Positions 36,551 to 49,594 of a stretch of DNA of 64,000 nucleotides are shown here, one piece after another. Source of the DNA: Squalus acanthias (taxonomy: Eukaryota); NCBI GenBank assembly GCA_030390025.1, contig CM059432.1, positions 44,952,001-45,016,000 on the forward strand. The letters are read 5' to 3'. The notes under the pieces were generated by a model. That model ran no database searches. It saw only the letters and a program-made list of their open reading frames with translations, and was not told the DNA's origin. The first letter of the stretch is position 1, and every line of letters starts with the position of its first letter. Both the position numbers and the translations under genes were made by a program.

Positions 36551-38694
36551 TGCATGAAAGGTTACTTACAATTACACTGAACTTATGTTTTACTCAACTG
36601 AGTGAAACAGCTGATGCCAGAGAATGTAAACAGTGCACCTAGTTTTATAAATTAGGGGATGTTTCAGTGAAATAGGAGATGTCTTTACAGAATCTGTGCA
36701 AAGAAACTTTCTTTGCATCATTCATTACAGTCATTCCAAATATCTGCGATAGCCATTTCTTTCACTTTTTAAGAACACATTTTCAAAAATTTTGAACATT
36801 AATTAACAAAAGCTCAATAATTGAAAAAATTGTCAGATTTAGTGACTATTATTTTAATAATGCATCAATCGCCAGTACAAGAATTGGGTCAAACAAGGAC
36901 GTGCTTGCTATTGACAAGTTAACTCACCAACAACTCCAACGACTTAGGAGCACTGTTGTCCATAAGCTCACTCATGATGTTCTAAGGGTTAACTTTTGAA
37001 AGTAATATTGATTACTCCATTAACCTTTTGGATATAATCATCATTACTGCAGTCTCTCATGTAAGAATGTAAAGGTGCTTTTACCTTGATGAGGTATTTG
37101 TTGATAACACACTTGAACATATATGACTTGACCTCCGGAGAATCAATGGGCGCATAGAACCACAGGTCATTGTGGGTCCTGGAATCTGCAGTTGGATTAT
37201 TGCTTCTTCTTTTGGCCTGAGCTAGTTCAGTACATTGACTTCCTCCCATCATGATGCAAATAGCACAATGGCTGACACATGCTGACACATCGGGCCGCTT
37301 CACCATCAATTCCCAAACCCACTGCATGCATCATCACATCAGAACATCATGCTGTGGTATGATCGTGCATTCACAGAACAGAAACACTCTGCATAGGTGT
37401 TCAAGAATGCAGCTTTGCTTTCCAAATCAGCCTCCAATAAGCCAATGGAGAGCAGTCAAAAATGTCAGTTATAAACTTGGGGGAACAGTGGATGGAAGTA
37501 GTTTTGCCATCTTCAGCAACACAACTGTAAAGATAAAAGGTGTATAAGTACCGATGAAGCTGATAAGTGGACTCAACTCAAATTCAGTAATTCACAATAG
37601 AATAATTATGGAGGAATTGCTTTTTTATTGTTCTTAAAATGGAATATGACTCAAATGAATGGTTTGGAAGGTAAAATCATGGTGGCACTGTAATAGTTTT
37701 TATTTCGGATTTCCAGCATCCGCAGTATTTTGCTGAAGTAAAATAGGTAAATGGATTAAATTTTTCATGACATATGCTTTGATCATTTAAGCAGTAATAA
37801 AACTCAAATCCACATTTATTATTAGAACTGAGTTGTCATTTAGGACAGTTTCCCATCAGTGTAAAACCATTACATTGGTCACTCTGGGCATAGATTACAT
37901 AGAGGAAGATGATAAAATCTGCTGTCATTTTTATTTGAACTGTCAGCACTGACATTTATTAACTTTAAGTAGAGCTCGTTGAGAGGCTGTCAGAAAATAA
38001 TTACTGCCATAGAAAATGCAAGCATAAAACATATTACTAATTATTCATTTAATTTTTTGTCTGGTCTAATAAATGATTCAGCATAGTTTTTAAATGCAAC
38101 TCTCAGGATAATTTCCATGAATAAATGCTAATGTATGCAAAGCTCCAAACAGACACCGAATCTTTAATCAAATGAATTTTAATTCAGCTCCATAATGCAC
38201 CTGATTCACCTATTCAGAAGTTATCGAGTAGCTGTAGAAATAAGAGTGCACATCACTCAAGTGAAAGGATGTTATAGGAAATGAAATATTAATCTTCTTG
38301 TAATGAAGGGGTAGACCTGCTCATGTAGGAGGCTAATCTCCCATGAAGCACTTTAAACTGTATGCAATAAATGCAAAAATCAATGTGTATCACACGAGCT
38401 GAGATAAGAAGGAAATATGTTGAGAAATGCAATTTATTTTTTACATTTCTAAATGTCACGATTAAGCATGTGAATCAAGCTGAAGCAGAGGAAGCAGAGA
38501 TAGGCATAGAATGATTATAAAATTATGCAGAATGTTTAAAATTGAATGCAGAAAATTAAAAACTTGTCATCTAGGTAGTTACCTGGGAGGACTCTTCAGT
38601 AGTTTAGTAGCCAGGTTTGTGTCATAAAAGGAATTTAAAAAAAAAACTCCTTATCAAGTCATGGAGTCAACTTAATTTTTATTCTTAGCTTTCA

Positions 38695-38963
38695 TGGTAT
38701 GTGGCAAAAGAACCAGAGGCGCGATGAGGAAAAGCTTTTTTACGCAGTGATTTGACATGATCTGGAATGCGCTGCCTGAAAGGGTGTTGGATGCAGATTT
38801 ACTTTCAAAAGGGAATTGGATAAATACTTAAAGGGGAAACATTTACAGGGCTATGGGGAAAGGGCAGGAGAATGGGATTATTTATATAGCTCCTTCAAAG
38901 AGTCGGCACAGGCACAATGGGCCAAATGGCCTCCTTCTGTGCTGTATTGTTCTATAATTCTAT
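38695..38963 (+). mobile_element. CR1 family B 3' fragment
   Basis: WNALPE...ELDKYLKGKHLQGYGE, similar to 44890-45145. Confidence 0.8.
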
Positions 38964-39482
38964 GGGGTAGAAATTGGACCTCGTGGTGCCTGTTTTACAC
39001 CTTAAAATGGGCACCAAAGGCTCAATTTTAGAGTCCAACGCCTCGAATCCCAAGGACACCTGAAAAACACCTGACCCCAAATTCGGTCTGGCCATTTTAT
39101 AGGTGTTAGGCCCCTTGCATAATGAGGGGCCTAATGCCTGTTTTAGGACCCCTCTGCCAAATTGGGCTGGCCTGAATGGACCAGGCTCCTCCTGCTACCA
39201 CAGCACTCCTGCCGGCCACAATCACCGCCGCTCCTGATGTCCTCCCTGCTCACTGGGACTTACCTGAGGGTTGCTACCAGCGAGGCTAGGGGACCGAAAT
39301 GGAATTCTTCAGATGGGAGAACTGCCTGTACAGCAGCACAAGTGCTGACAGCTTTCCACCATTATATAGATGAGGACCAAGAACCAATTTTTTGCGATCC
39401 TTGGGACTCCGCCTTCATCTGCAGGGTTCATTTCCTGCATCCATTTGGCACTTCAAAACTGGCCTTAACTAATTTCTAGACC
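38964..39482. mobile_element. Harbinger-like MITE
   Basis: GGGGTAGAAATT...AATTTCTAGACC, inserted in the CR1 tail (AT/ATG duplication). Confidence 0.7.
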
Positions 39483-39905
39483 ATGATCTGTATTTTGTTT
39501 ACTGGTTCTTGTCTTTAGTTAATAGAAAAGCAATGTAAAGCTTTCCTGACATGAATTTTCTCAGTGCAGAAGCTATCTGAAAATGTGGTTTTCAGATCAC
39601 AATGATTTAATTTCTGTTGGCGGACTTGTAAGGAGGTGAACTAATTGACATTAGCTTTACCACTGAGTCACTGACTGAGAAAGTGGTGTATAAAATTACA
39701 TTACAATTAAGTGTTAGTGCCATTAATTGTAAGAGTGAAAACTATTTGGAATATGTGCACTACTACCTTAGAATTACAGGCCTAGAAATTGGTTTGCGCC
39801 AAACTGTCGTTTCGAACTGGGTGCAGGGAACGATCCCGGCTCCGGAACAGGTGGGCCCGAAGTACACCATATATTGGGCCTCAGGCCTCAATTTATCGAA
39901 TCATA

Positions 39906-41617
39906 GGCCGCGATTTTTCCTACTGAGGCGAGTCCGGGACGGCTGGGGTCAGTAGCGTGGTCCCAGCCTGCTGCCTGCTCCATCCCTCTCTATTGAGGTG
40001 ATTTTATGATGATTGGGCTTGTTAAGCCCGCCCAGCGACGTTCCCGGCTAATTAAAAGGAAGTGGGTCTGATGATGTCATTTGATGACACGTCATCAGCC
40101 GGTTTCCTTAAAGGGGCCATGTCCAAATTTACTTTGACATTTGTGCTGTCAGTGTTCTACAGCATTGAGGTGCTGCAAACACTGACAAGCACTGCACAGA
40201 AGTGCACAGCTACACCCAGGCTCTCCCATGACTCCCTCCATATGCATATGGAGGGAGTCACAGCACACAGGGAGGTTCTCTTCCCTTCCAATGTGCGGAA
40301 GAGACCTCCCCAGGAGACCAACGCAGCCTAGATGCACATTGCACAGGAGGACCAGGCTGCAGTGGCACAAACCTTTCAATGATATCAGTAGATCACCAAA
40401 CGTTCCTGCAAAGCCACACTCAACCTCATCCTGCTGTGCCACTCATCACATCCTTCCCTACACTACTCCTGCACATCCTTACTCTCACCAACTTACCTTG
40501 CACCTCCACCCATCCCTCTCTATCTACATTATCACTTCCCCATTTCACTAGCCATCCCTCACACTCACCCTCATCCTATTCCAATCATACCAACTAACAA
40601 CACACAAGGGTAGGCACTTGGGTGTTTTTGCCAATGTTCATGTAAAGTTTCTGTTAATGTGGTGTTAAACATTGAAATCTTTATTTTCAACACTTTGCGT
40701 TCTTGAACAGATTTGTGTGCACCTTTGGAAGTGGCTTAGTGTGTTGCAGTGAATAGTGAGACATAACGGTACCCCCAGCAATGGCGATAAGTGTGAAAAG
40801 GAATGGCTTGGGCATTGTAGGGATGCTTTATGGTGTTGGTGGTGCCAACCTGGCACATCATGTGGAAGCCAGGGTGTACAGCGTCAAGTGAAGCAAAGGT
40901 GGCCATGGTGAGGCCATCCCTGGCGTCTCGGGCAGCAATGTGCTCGGGTGCTGATGCCCTCTGTCCTGTGCAGCATCAGTTAATTGCAGAGAAGGTTGGT
41001 GTTGTTGTTGCTGCTGCTGTGCCTGGTGATGCTGGTGTTGGGGCTGATCGTGTTGGGATTCTGAGGACCAAGATAAGATTTTTTCAAGGTCACCTACGCT
41101 GATGGAATAGATGGCAGGTGAAGTTGAGATGACAGAAGCGATCTGTCAATGGTGAGAGAGGTTGTTCCAATGAGGTGACACTGGATAGAAAGTTTACTCC
41201 AAACACTTGCAAGCTGCATAAAGCTCAATCTGTCTTCCAAATGGAAAGTGAACACCTCTGAAATGGGAGCTTTTATAGACCATTTGCAGCTGTCAAGTTA
41301 GTAAATCACCCATGCTGACACAACACCCGACTTCCTTACCTGATGTGATCCTCGAGCAGCGGGGAAGCTGTTGGCGAACTCTAAAAATCTAAAGGTGAGC
41401 TTAAAATAGTTTTTAAGTGCCTGTTAACAAGCTCTTAATTTAAATTGCCTCCCCCAGCACTTGGTGTTGGGTCTGTTCAGCGCTGACAGACCCAACACCT
41501 GAGAGACTAGCGTGGAGGCGGGTTGACAGTGGGGTCCCAACCCGCTGTCAATCATTTCGAATTTCACAGCTGACTCACCTCCAATCCCGTCCTCTCAGCG
41601 CTGGTAAAATTCTGGCC
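39906..41617 (+). mobile_element. Internally deleted Harbinger element with both ends
   Basis: GGCCGCGATTTT...AAAATTCTGGCC with ATA TSD. Myb remnant TPRLSHDSLHMHMEGVTAHREVLFP; minus-strand transposase N- and C-terminal remnants similar to 26380 and 27480. Confidence 0.8.
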
Positions 41618-42369
41618 ATAGAATCATAGAATAATACAGCACAGAAGGAGGCCATTTGGCCCATCGTGCCTGTGCTGGCACTTTCCCAGTCCCCTGCTCT
41701 TTTCCCATAGCCCTGTAAATTGTTTCCCTTCATGTATTTATTTAATTCTCTTTTGAATGTTACTATTGAATCTGCTTCCACCACCCTTTCAGGCAATGCA
41801 TTCCAGGTAAGGGGTCAGCCGTTTAAGACTGAGATGAGGAGGAATTTCTTCACTCAGAGGGTTGTGAATCTTTGGAATTCTCTGCCCAAATGCTGTGGAT
41901 GCTGAATTGTTGAGTATATTCAAGGCTGAGATAGATATATTTTTGGACTCCAGAGGAATCAAGGGATATGGGGATAGGGCTGGAAAGTGGAGTTGAGGTC
42001 GACGATCAGCCATGGTCTTATTGAATGGCGGAGCAGGCTCGAGGGGCCGTATGGCCTACTCCTGCTCCTAATTCTTATGTTCTTATGTCCTTATCACAAC
42101 AACTCTCTGTGTAACAAAAATGTTTCCTTATGTCACCTCTGGTTCTTTTGCCAATCACCTTAAATCTGTGTCCTCTGGTTACCGACCCGACTGCCACTGG
42201 AAACAGTTTCTCCTTATTTACTCTATCAAAACCATTTATGATTTTGAACACCTCTATAAAGTCTCCTTTTAACATTCTCTGCTCTAAGGAGAACAACCCC
42301 AGCTTCTCCAGTCTCTCCACATAACTGAAGTCTCTCATCCCTGGTACCATTCTAGTAAATCTCTTATGC
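41618..42369 (-). mobile_element. CR1 family B 3' fragment containing an antisense CR1 tail (41807-42092, +)
   Basis: RFTRMVPGMRDFSY...WNALPERVVEADS is interrupted by GQPFKTEMRRNFFTQRVVNLWNSLP on the other strand. Confidence 0.88.
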
Positions 42370-43524
42370 ATTTATGTGAGACTGGCGAGCTGCAGATGCC
42401 TGCTATTTGCATATACAATGGGCCTAACACCTGTTTCAGGTGCTGGCCCAGGCAGCCTCTTTTTCTGCCTTTACCAATATGGCAGGTGGTGCGCTTATGC
42501 ACGTAATAAACACGTGCGCCCTACCTGCCTTATTAGATACCTGACACCCGCTTTGCACCTAAAAACAGACACAGTGTCATCAAATGTCTAGGCCATAAAT
42601 CATAAAGAGAGGATTGGTGCTGAGCATTTAAATAGTCGAAATCAGAGTTCATGGATTTTTAATAACTCCAAAGAAAAGGATAAGTATTATACTATTAAAG
42701 TGACCCTGGGACCTGTTGAATACCATTTGTAAATGCAGCAGGACTCAAGACTTTATGCTTGGCAGTGTCCACAGCAACAACTGGGCTCAAAGTGGACCTC
42801 CCAACATTATCAGCTTTCACTCTACCTGTGTAAAATTGAGTTACTGCAGCAAAGTTGAACTTGCAAATATTATTATTCACTTATTTATTTTGTTTAGGGA
42901 CATGTATCTGTATTTTTACACAGTTTTCTTCCCTTTTATCACTCTGAAGCAGCCATTGTCTCAAAAGCTTGACCTGCTCCCAGTATTCCGTCCATTCATT
43001 TCTTGAGCTGGCTACCAGAAGATACAGCAAAGCCGCCTCTTAACGATTCTTTCCTCCTTCTTTGTAGAGTGGTATTACTCGGCCTTGCTCAGTGCCACTC
43101 TAATAGAGTGGGAAAACCTGCATCCTCCCATTCTGCGACTCCATGCATTGATGCTCCATTGTGTGGTGCCAATGTCCATCACTTTTAAGCTGCTATTTTG
43201 TGTACCAATTGAGTGATCAAAGTTTCATTAAAAAACAAATCGATCATAGCATATAACAAGAATAAGGTACAGTAAGATGATGCATTCAAAAATATTCAAT
43301 TCATAAACTATCACACCACAAGTTACTATTCTACAATCTATCCAGGTTACTTTTTGAATAATCTTGTTTTGTACAATTTTCCCTGCGGCATATCGTCTGT
43401 TTATGTTATCGTTCTGACGTCTTGACTCATTAAATAATTGTTGACTATAAACTAGCATTTCTTCAAAAGCTCAACTCTGATCCTTTTAAGCCAAGTATTT
43501 TCAAGATTTAGTTATTTCCTATAA

Positions 43525-45148
43525 AACATGCAAACAATTGATAAAGAAGAGGTACTAGAAAGGCTGGCTTTACCGAAAGTAGATAAATCATCAGGACCGG
43601 ATGGGATGCATCCTAGGATGCTAAGGGAATTGAGGGCGGAAATCACGGAGGTACTGGCCATAATATTCCAATCCTCCTTAGATACAGGGGTGATGCCAGA
43701 GGACTGGAGAATTGCAAATGCTACACCATTGTTCAAAAAAGGGTGTAAAGATAAACCCAGCAACTACAGGCCAGTCAGTTTGACCTGAGTCGTGGGGAAG
43801 CTTTTAGAACCAGTAATCAGGGACAAAATTAACAGTCACTTGGATAGGTGTGGATTAATTAAGGAAAGCCAGCATGGATTTGTTCAAGGAAAATCGTGTT
43901 TAACCAACTTGATCGAGTTTTTTGATGAGGTAACAGAGAGGGTTGATGAGGGTAATGTGGTTGATGTAGTGTACATGGATTTCCAAAAGGCGTTTGACAA
44001 AGTGCCACATAATAGGCTTGCCAGCAAAGTTGAAGCCCATGGAATAAAAGGGGACAGTGGCAGCATGGATACGGAATTGGCTAAGTGATAGGAAACAGAG
44101 AGTAGTGGTGAACGGTTGTTTTTCGGACTGGAGGAAGGTATACAGTGGTGTTCCCCAGGGGTCAGTACTAGGGCCTCTGCTTTTCTTGATATATATTAAT
44201 GACTTGGACTTGGGTGTACAGGGTACAATTTCAAAATTTGCAGATGACACAAAATTTGGAAGTATAGTGAACAGTGAGGAGGAGAGTGATAGACTTCAGG
44301 AAGACATAGACAGGCTGCTGAAATGGGCGGACACGTGGCAAATTAAATTTAACGCAGAAAAGTGTGAAGTGATACATTTTGGTAGAAAGAATGAGGAAAG
44401 GACATGTAAACGAAATGGTACAATCCTGAAGGTGGTGCCTGAACAGAGAGGCCTGGGGGTATGTGTGCACAAATCGTTGAAGGTGCCAGGGCAGGTTGAG
44501 AAAGCAGTTAAAAAGGCTTACGGGATCCTGGGCTTCATGAATAGAGGTGTAGAGTACAAAAGCTTGGAAATTATGATGAACCTTTATAAAATACTGGCTC
44601 GACCCCAACTGGAGTACTGTGTCCTATTCTGGGCACCGCACTTTAGGAAGGACGTGAAGGCCTTAGAGAAGGTGCAGAAAAGATTTACGAGAATGATTCC
44701 AGGAATGAGGGACTTCAGTTACATTGACAGACTGGAGGAGCTGGGGCTGTTCTCCTTGGAGCAGAGAAGATTGAGAGGAGATTTGATAGAGGTGTTCAAA
44801 ATCATGAGGGGTCTGGACATAGTAGAGACAGAGAAACTATTCCCATTGGCAGAAGGTCGAGAACCAGAGGACACAGATTTAGGGTGATTGGCAAGAGAAC
44901 CAAAGGCGATGTAAGAAAACACTTTTTTACGCAGCGAGTGGTTAAGATCTGGAATGCACTACCTGAAAGGGTGGTGGAGGCAGACTCAATCTTATCTTTC
45001 AAAAGGGAATTGGATAAGTATCTGAAGGAAAAAAATTTGCAGGGCTACGGGGAAAGGGAAGGGGAGTGGGACTAGCTGAGAGCGGCACGGGCTCGATGGG
45101 CCAAATGGCCTGCTTCTGTGCTGTAACCATTCTATGATTCTATGATTC
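43525..45148 (+). mobile_element. 5'-truncated CR1 family B (RT + tail)
   Basis: ORF pieces 43528-45075 contain [27 protein letters not shown] and KFADDTK; TTCTATGATTCTATGA tail. Confidence 0.95.
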
Positions 45149-46166
45149 ACTCGGGTGGTTTTATTTATCGTGATGAGATGGCACCAATAACATGGTGACA
45201 TCACTGAATTACTACCACCAAAATCAACGGTGTATTAATGGGAGTACGGTCATCTTGAGGCACTAGTGTTGTTGTTGAGTAACCTACAGCAGAAGCTTAT
45301 TCCTTTACCTGTGTGGGCAAATGGTGGTTGAAAGAAGGTTAGATTAGGGTCACATTTTCCAGCAGTGATGTGTTTTGATAGCATTCACATTAAATGCAGG
45401 GTTTGAATCCTGAGCACACCTATTTACTCTGACAAGATAACTTTTATTATAGAAATGGCAACAAAATACAAAATCATCAGGTTCCTAATTCTTGTGCCCA
45501 CAGAAGAGACTTATATTGAACTAACATCTGATTCAACATTCTGAACATTTTATGTACAACTTATATTTGAAATTAGAACTAAATTGTGTAAATTTAGCTG
45601 TTTGAGATTAGTCTTATCTATTTTAGGTATGGGTGTTTCCCATTATTTAATATCAGCATAATCTGTTTATTGGGTGTAGTTTATGGGTGACCGTGGCTCC
45701 ACAACTCTTTAACTTGCAACTGAAACATTGGGATCATTACTGAGGGATTTGCACTTCTTACTTTTACGGCTTATTGTATATTTCAACTCTAAAGTCTAGC
45801 TTTTGAAAATATGTCTTAGTTATGTATACCCAAAGATACTTTTGCCTCTAGCTGATCCAATTTATGGCACTTTTACGTGGTAGTGGTAAGTAGGCAATCA
45901 GACATTTTAGAACCCTAGGTAATTTAATTCCATCCTCACATGTAGGTACAGAGCTGAGAATTGACATCCCTGTTAATGTCGTTGGTGGCAGCGATGCCTT
46001 CAGGCAACAAATAATCACAACATCTAGTATTGAAGATGTGCAGTAACTCTTTAGATGTGTATCAAAATAATTGGCAAATTAGATGCCTTATCCCAATTTC
46101 TGAATAAAGTTACTTAACAATTTGAAATGAAAGTTGATAAACTCAGCACCCCAGTGGGTAAATACA

Positions 46167-47761
46167 TTTTATTTTATTGATTCATGGGATGTGGGCATCG
46201 CTGGCAAGGCCAGCATTTATTGCCCATCCCTAATTGCCTTTGAGAAGGTGGTGGTGAACCGCATTCCTGAACCGCTGCAGTCCCTGTGGTGAAGGTATTC
46301 CATAGTGCTGTTAGGGAGGGAGTTCCAGGATAGTGACCCAGCGATGATGAAGGAATGGTGATATATTTCCAAGTCAGGATGGTGTGTGACTTGGAGGGGA
46401 AGTTGGAGGTGGTGGTGTTCCCATGCACCTGCTGCCCTTGTCCTTCTAGGTGGTAGAGGTCACTGGTTTGGGAGATGCTGTCGAAGAAGCCTTGGTGAGT
46501 TGCTGCAGTGCATCTTGTAGATGGTACACACAGTAGCCACGGTGAGCCTGTGGTGGAGGGAGTGAATGTTTAAGGTGGTGGATGGGGTGCCAATCAAACG
46601 GGTTGCTTTGTCCTGGATGGTGTCGAGCTTCTTGAGTGTTGTTGGAGCTGCACTCATCCAGGCAAGTGGAAACTATTCCATCACACTCCTGACTTGTGCC
46701 TTGTAGATGGTGGAAAGGCTTTGGGGAGTCAGTAGGTGAGACACTTGTCGCAGAATACCCAGCTTCTGGAGCCGAGTGGTCTTGGCGGGACCCAAACTAA
46801 GCATCGGTAGCAGGTTATTGTTGAGTAAGTGTCGCTTCATAGCACTGTCGACGACACCTTCCATCACTTTGCTGATGATTGAGAGTAGACTGATGGGGTG
46901 GTAATTGACCAGATTGGATTTGTCCTGCTTTTTGTGGACAGGACATACCTGGGCAATCTTCCACATTGACAGGTAGATGCCAGTGTTGTAGCTGTACTGG
47001 AACAGCTTGACTAGAGGCGCTGCTAGTTATGGAGCATAAGTCTTCAGCAAGACAGCCGGGATGTTGTCGGGGCCCGTAGCCTTTACTGTATCCAATGCAC
47101 TCAGCCATTTCTTGATATCACGTGGAGTGAATCGAATTGGCTGAAGACTGGCTTCTGTGATGGTGGGGACCTCAGAATGAGGCTGAGATGGATTATCCCC
47201 TTGGCACTTCTGGCTGAAGATGATTGAAAATGCTTCAGCCTTGTCTTTTGCACTTGCATGCTGGGCTCCTCCATCATTGAGGATGGGAATGTTCATGGAG
47301 CCTCCTCCTCCCGTTAATTGTTTAATTGTCCACCACCATTCACGACTCGATGTGACAGGACTGCAGAGCTTTGATCTGATCCGTTGGTTGTGGAATCGCT
47401 TAGCTCTGTCTATAGCATGCTGCTTCCATTGTTTAGCATGCATGTAGTTCTGTGTTGCAGCATCCACAGGTTGGCACCTCATTTTTAGGTATGCCTGGTG
47501 CTGCTCCTGGCATGCTCTTCTGCGCTCCTCATTGAACCAGCGTTGGTCCCCTGGCTTGATGGTAATGGTAGAGTGAGGGATATGCCAGGCCATGAGGTTA
47601 CACATTGTGGTGGAATACAATTCTTCTGCTGCTAATGGCCCACAACACCTCATGGATGCCCAGTTTTGAGCTGCTAGATTGTTCTGAATCTATCCCATTT
47701 AGCATGATGGTAGTGCCACACAACACAATGGAGGGTGTCCTCAGTGTGAAGACGGGACTTT
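46167..47761 (-). mobile_element. 5'-truncated, internally deleted copy of the tRNA-headed LINE family
   Basis: Matches 13440-14420 and 15050-15645; deletion junction at ~46768. Confidence 0.92.
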
Positions 47762-48899
47762 GATTGGATTCTTCACACTCTACTGCAGATAATGCTACAA
47801 GTCAATACCTTAATCTTTAGGATGACTCTAGCTGGACAAGAAATGGAAAGCGGAATAGTGCCCTGTGCTGGTGAGTTGCGTAATTTTAGCAGGTTAAACT
47901 CTAGCAACAATCCCTGAACAAACTTGAGAGTCCCTAAACCTTGCCAACATATGCTGAAATTCTCTGGCCTTAGGTAAGTGAGATGTGTTTCTACGTTCCA
48001 TATCCAGCAAATAGAAACTCTACTTAGGTGGATTTCTTAGTAGCTGGGCTTGGAGATTCTTAAGCTTGGTGATGAGTTGCCATGCATCAGAGAACTAGCT
48101 ACCCAAAAAACAATTAAAAGCTCTTGCTGAACACATGATCACCAGAATGGGTTTCGGCATGATTGTTTTATTTCTTGGCTATATTACAAAGCACTGGAAT
48201 CCACTATTGAAAACTTTGTTTATTTATTTGTCAAGATATTTGTACATTGCATAGATTTTGACATTGTGCACTTCCAAGTAAGCTGCCTTTATATTACATC
48301 TAGATTAATTTCAAGTTGCTCTGTTTGTGCAGTATATGATAGCTCAAGTTCTAACTCTTTCTTCACCAACTCTTCAGGGCTATGTTCTCTTGTCTATGCT
48401 ATTCCTTTCCCACATCAATGATTTCTAACCATATCTACTTTTTTGCCTATAGTATCACTCTGCTATTGACTTCCATCAGATCACACACCATCAGAGCAGA
48501 CTCCATTCAGCTTGCAATGTGCTTTGTTGAATCACTAAATCATGATCTCCTCCATGTTTTTTATAACAGGGCAATGGAAAGCAACAGGTTGGATTTTGAT
48601 TTTGTGAGGAATGCGTTGGACAGGTTATGGCTTTCCATGAGATCTCCCCGTTCCTCTGACTTTGGTCTTTTGGCATCCGGCAACAACAACTTGCATTTAT
48701 AGTAGCGGTAGATTTTCCTCACAAGCTGTCTTTGGATGGCCAATAGTTCCGACAGGAGGCCCAGTGATGACCGAGCTCATTAACATACAACTGGCGGGCT
48801 CGGCAAAAAGGGGCAGCGTTCCGGGTCCGGGCAGCCACAATGTCAGGCCAGACTCTGGGCCAGGAAAAGGAGATGAGCTCCATTCTAGGGAGGGGGCTC

Positions 48900-49537
48900 C
48901 TGCTTTGCCGTGGATGGTGTCGAGGGCCGCTCCCTCCCGACTGTATACCACTGTGCCACCACCTTTGATGGGTCTGTCCTGCTGGTGGGACAGGATATAC
49001 CCAAGGATGGTGATGGAGGAGTCTGGGACATTGGCTGAAAGGTATGATTCTGTGAGTATGACTATGTCAGGATATTGCTTGACTAGTATGTGGGAGAGCT
49101 CTCCAAATTTAGGCACAATTCCCAAGATGTTAGTGAGGGGGACTTTGCAGGGTCAACTTGGCTTGGTGTGCCTTTGTCGTGTCCGGTGCCTAGGTCGATG
49201 CCGGGTGGTCCGTCCAGTTTTATTCTTAGTATAGTTCTTTGTAGCATTTGGTACAACTGAATAGCTTGCTAGGCCATTCTCAGAGGGCAGTTAAGAGTCA
49301 TTGCTGTGGGTCTGAAGTCACATGTAAGGGAAGATTTCCTTTCCTAAAGGACATTAGGGAATCAGATGGGTTTTTAACGACAATTCAATAGTTTTACCAT
49401 TATTGAGCTAGCTTTTTATTCCAGATTTATTGAATTAACTGAATTTAAATTCCCCGAGGTGAGATTTGAACTCAAGATTCTGGATCATCAGTCCAGGATT
49501 ACTCGTCAAGTAACATAACCACTATGCTACTGTACCT
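48900..49537 (-). mobile_element. Second copy of the tRNA head + 5' UTR + APE start of the same LINE, joined to a short 3'-region piece
   Basis: The minus strand has TAGCATAGTGG (A box) and GAGTTCAAATC (B box), then PDIVILTESYLSANVPD, then jumps to CTCGACACCATCC (cf. 15191). Confidence 0.88.
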
Positions 49538-49594
49538 GTGGTGTGCTGAGTTGTCTCTTCCAATTCCAATAGTTTTATCTCACCTGCAAACTGT

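Larger units (their letters stand above)
39779..42594. mobile_element. Small MITE (39779-39898 + 42370-42594) expanded by three nested insertions
   Basis: GGCCTAGAAATT...AAATGTCTAGGCC with ACA/ATA flanks. The inner CR1 is flanked by an ATTTAT duplication. Confidence 0.7.

Noticed and set aside
36989..37547. ORFs of 112 aa (-) and 98 aa (+) in unique sequence
   Set aside because: No domain motifs or consistent splice structure recognised.
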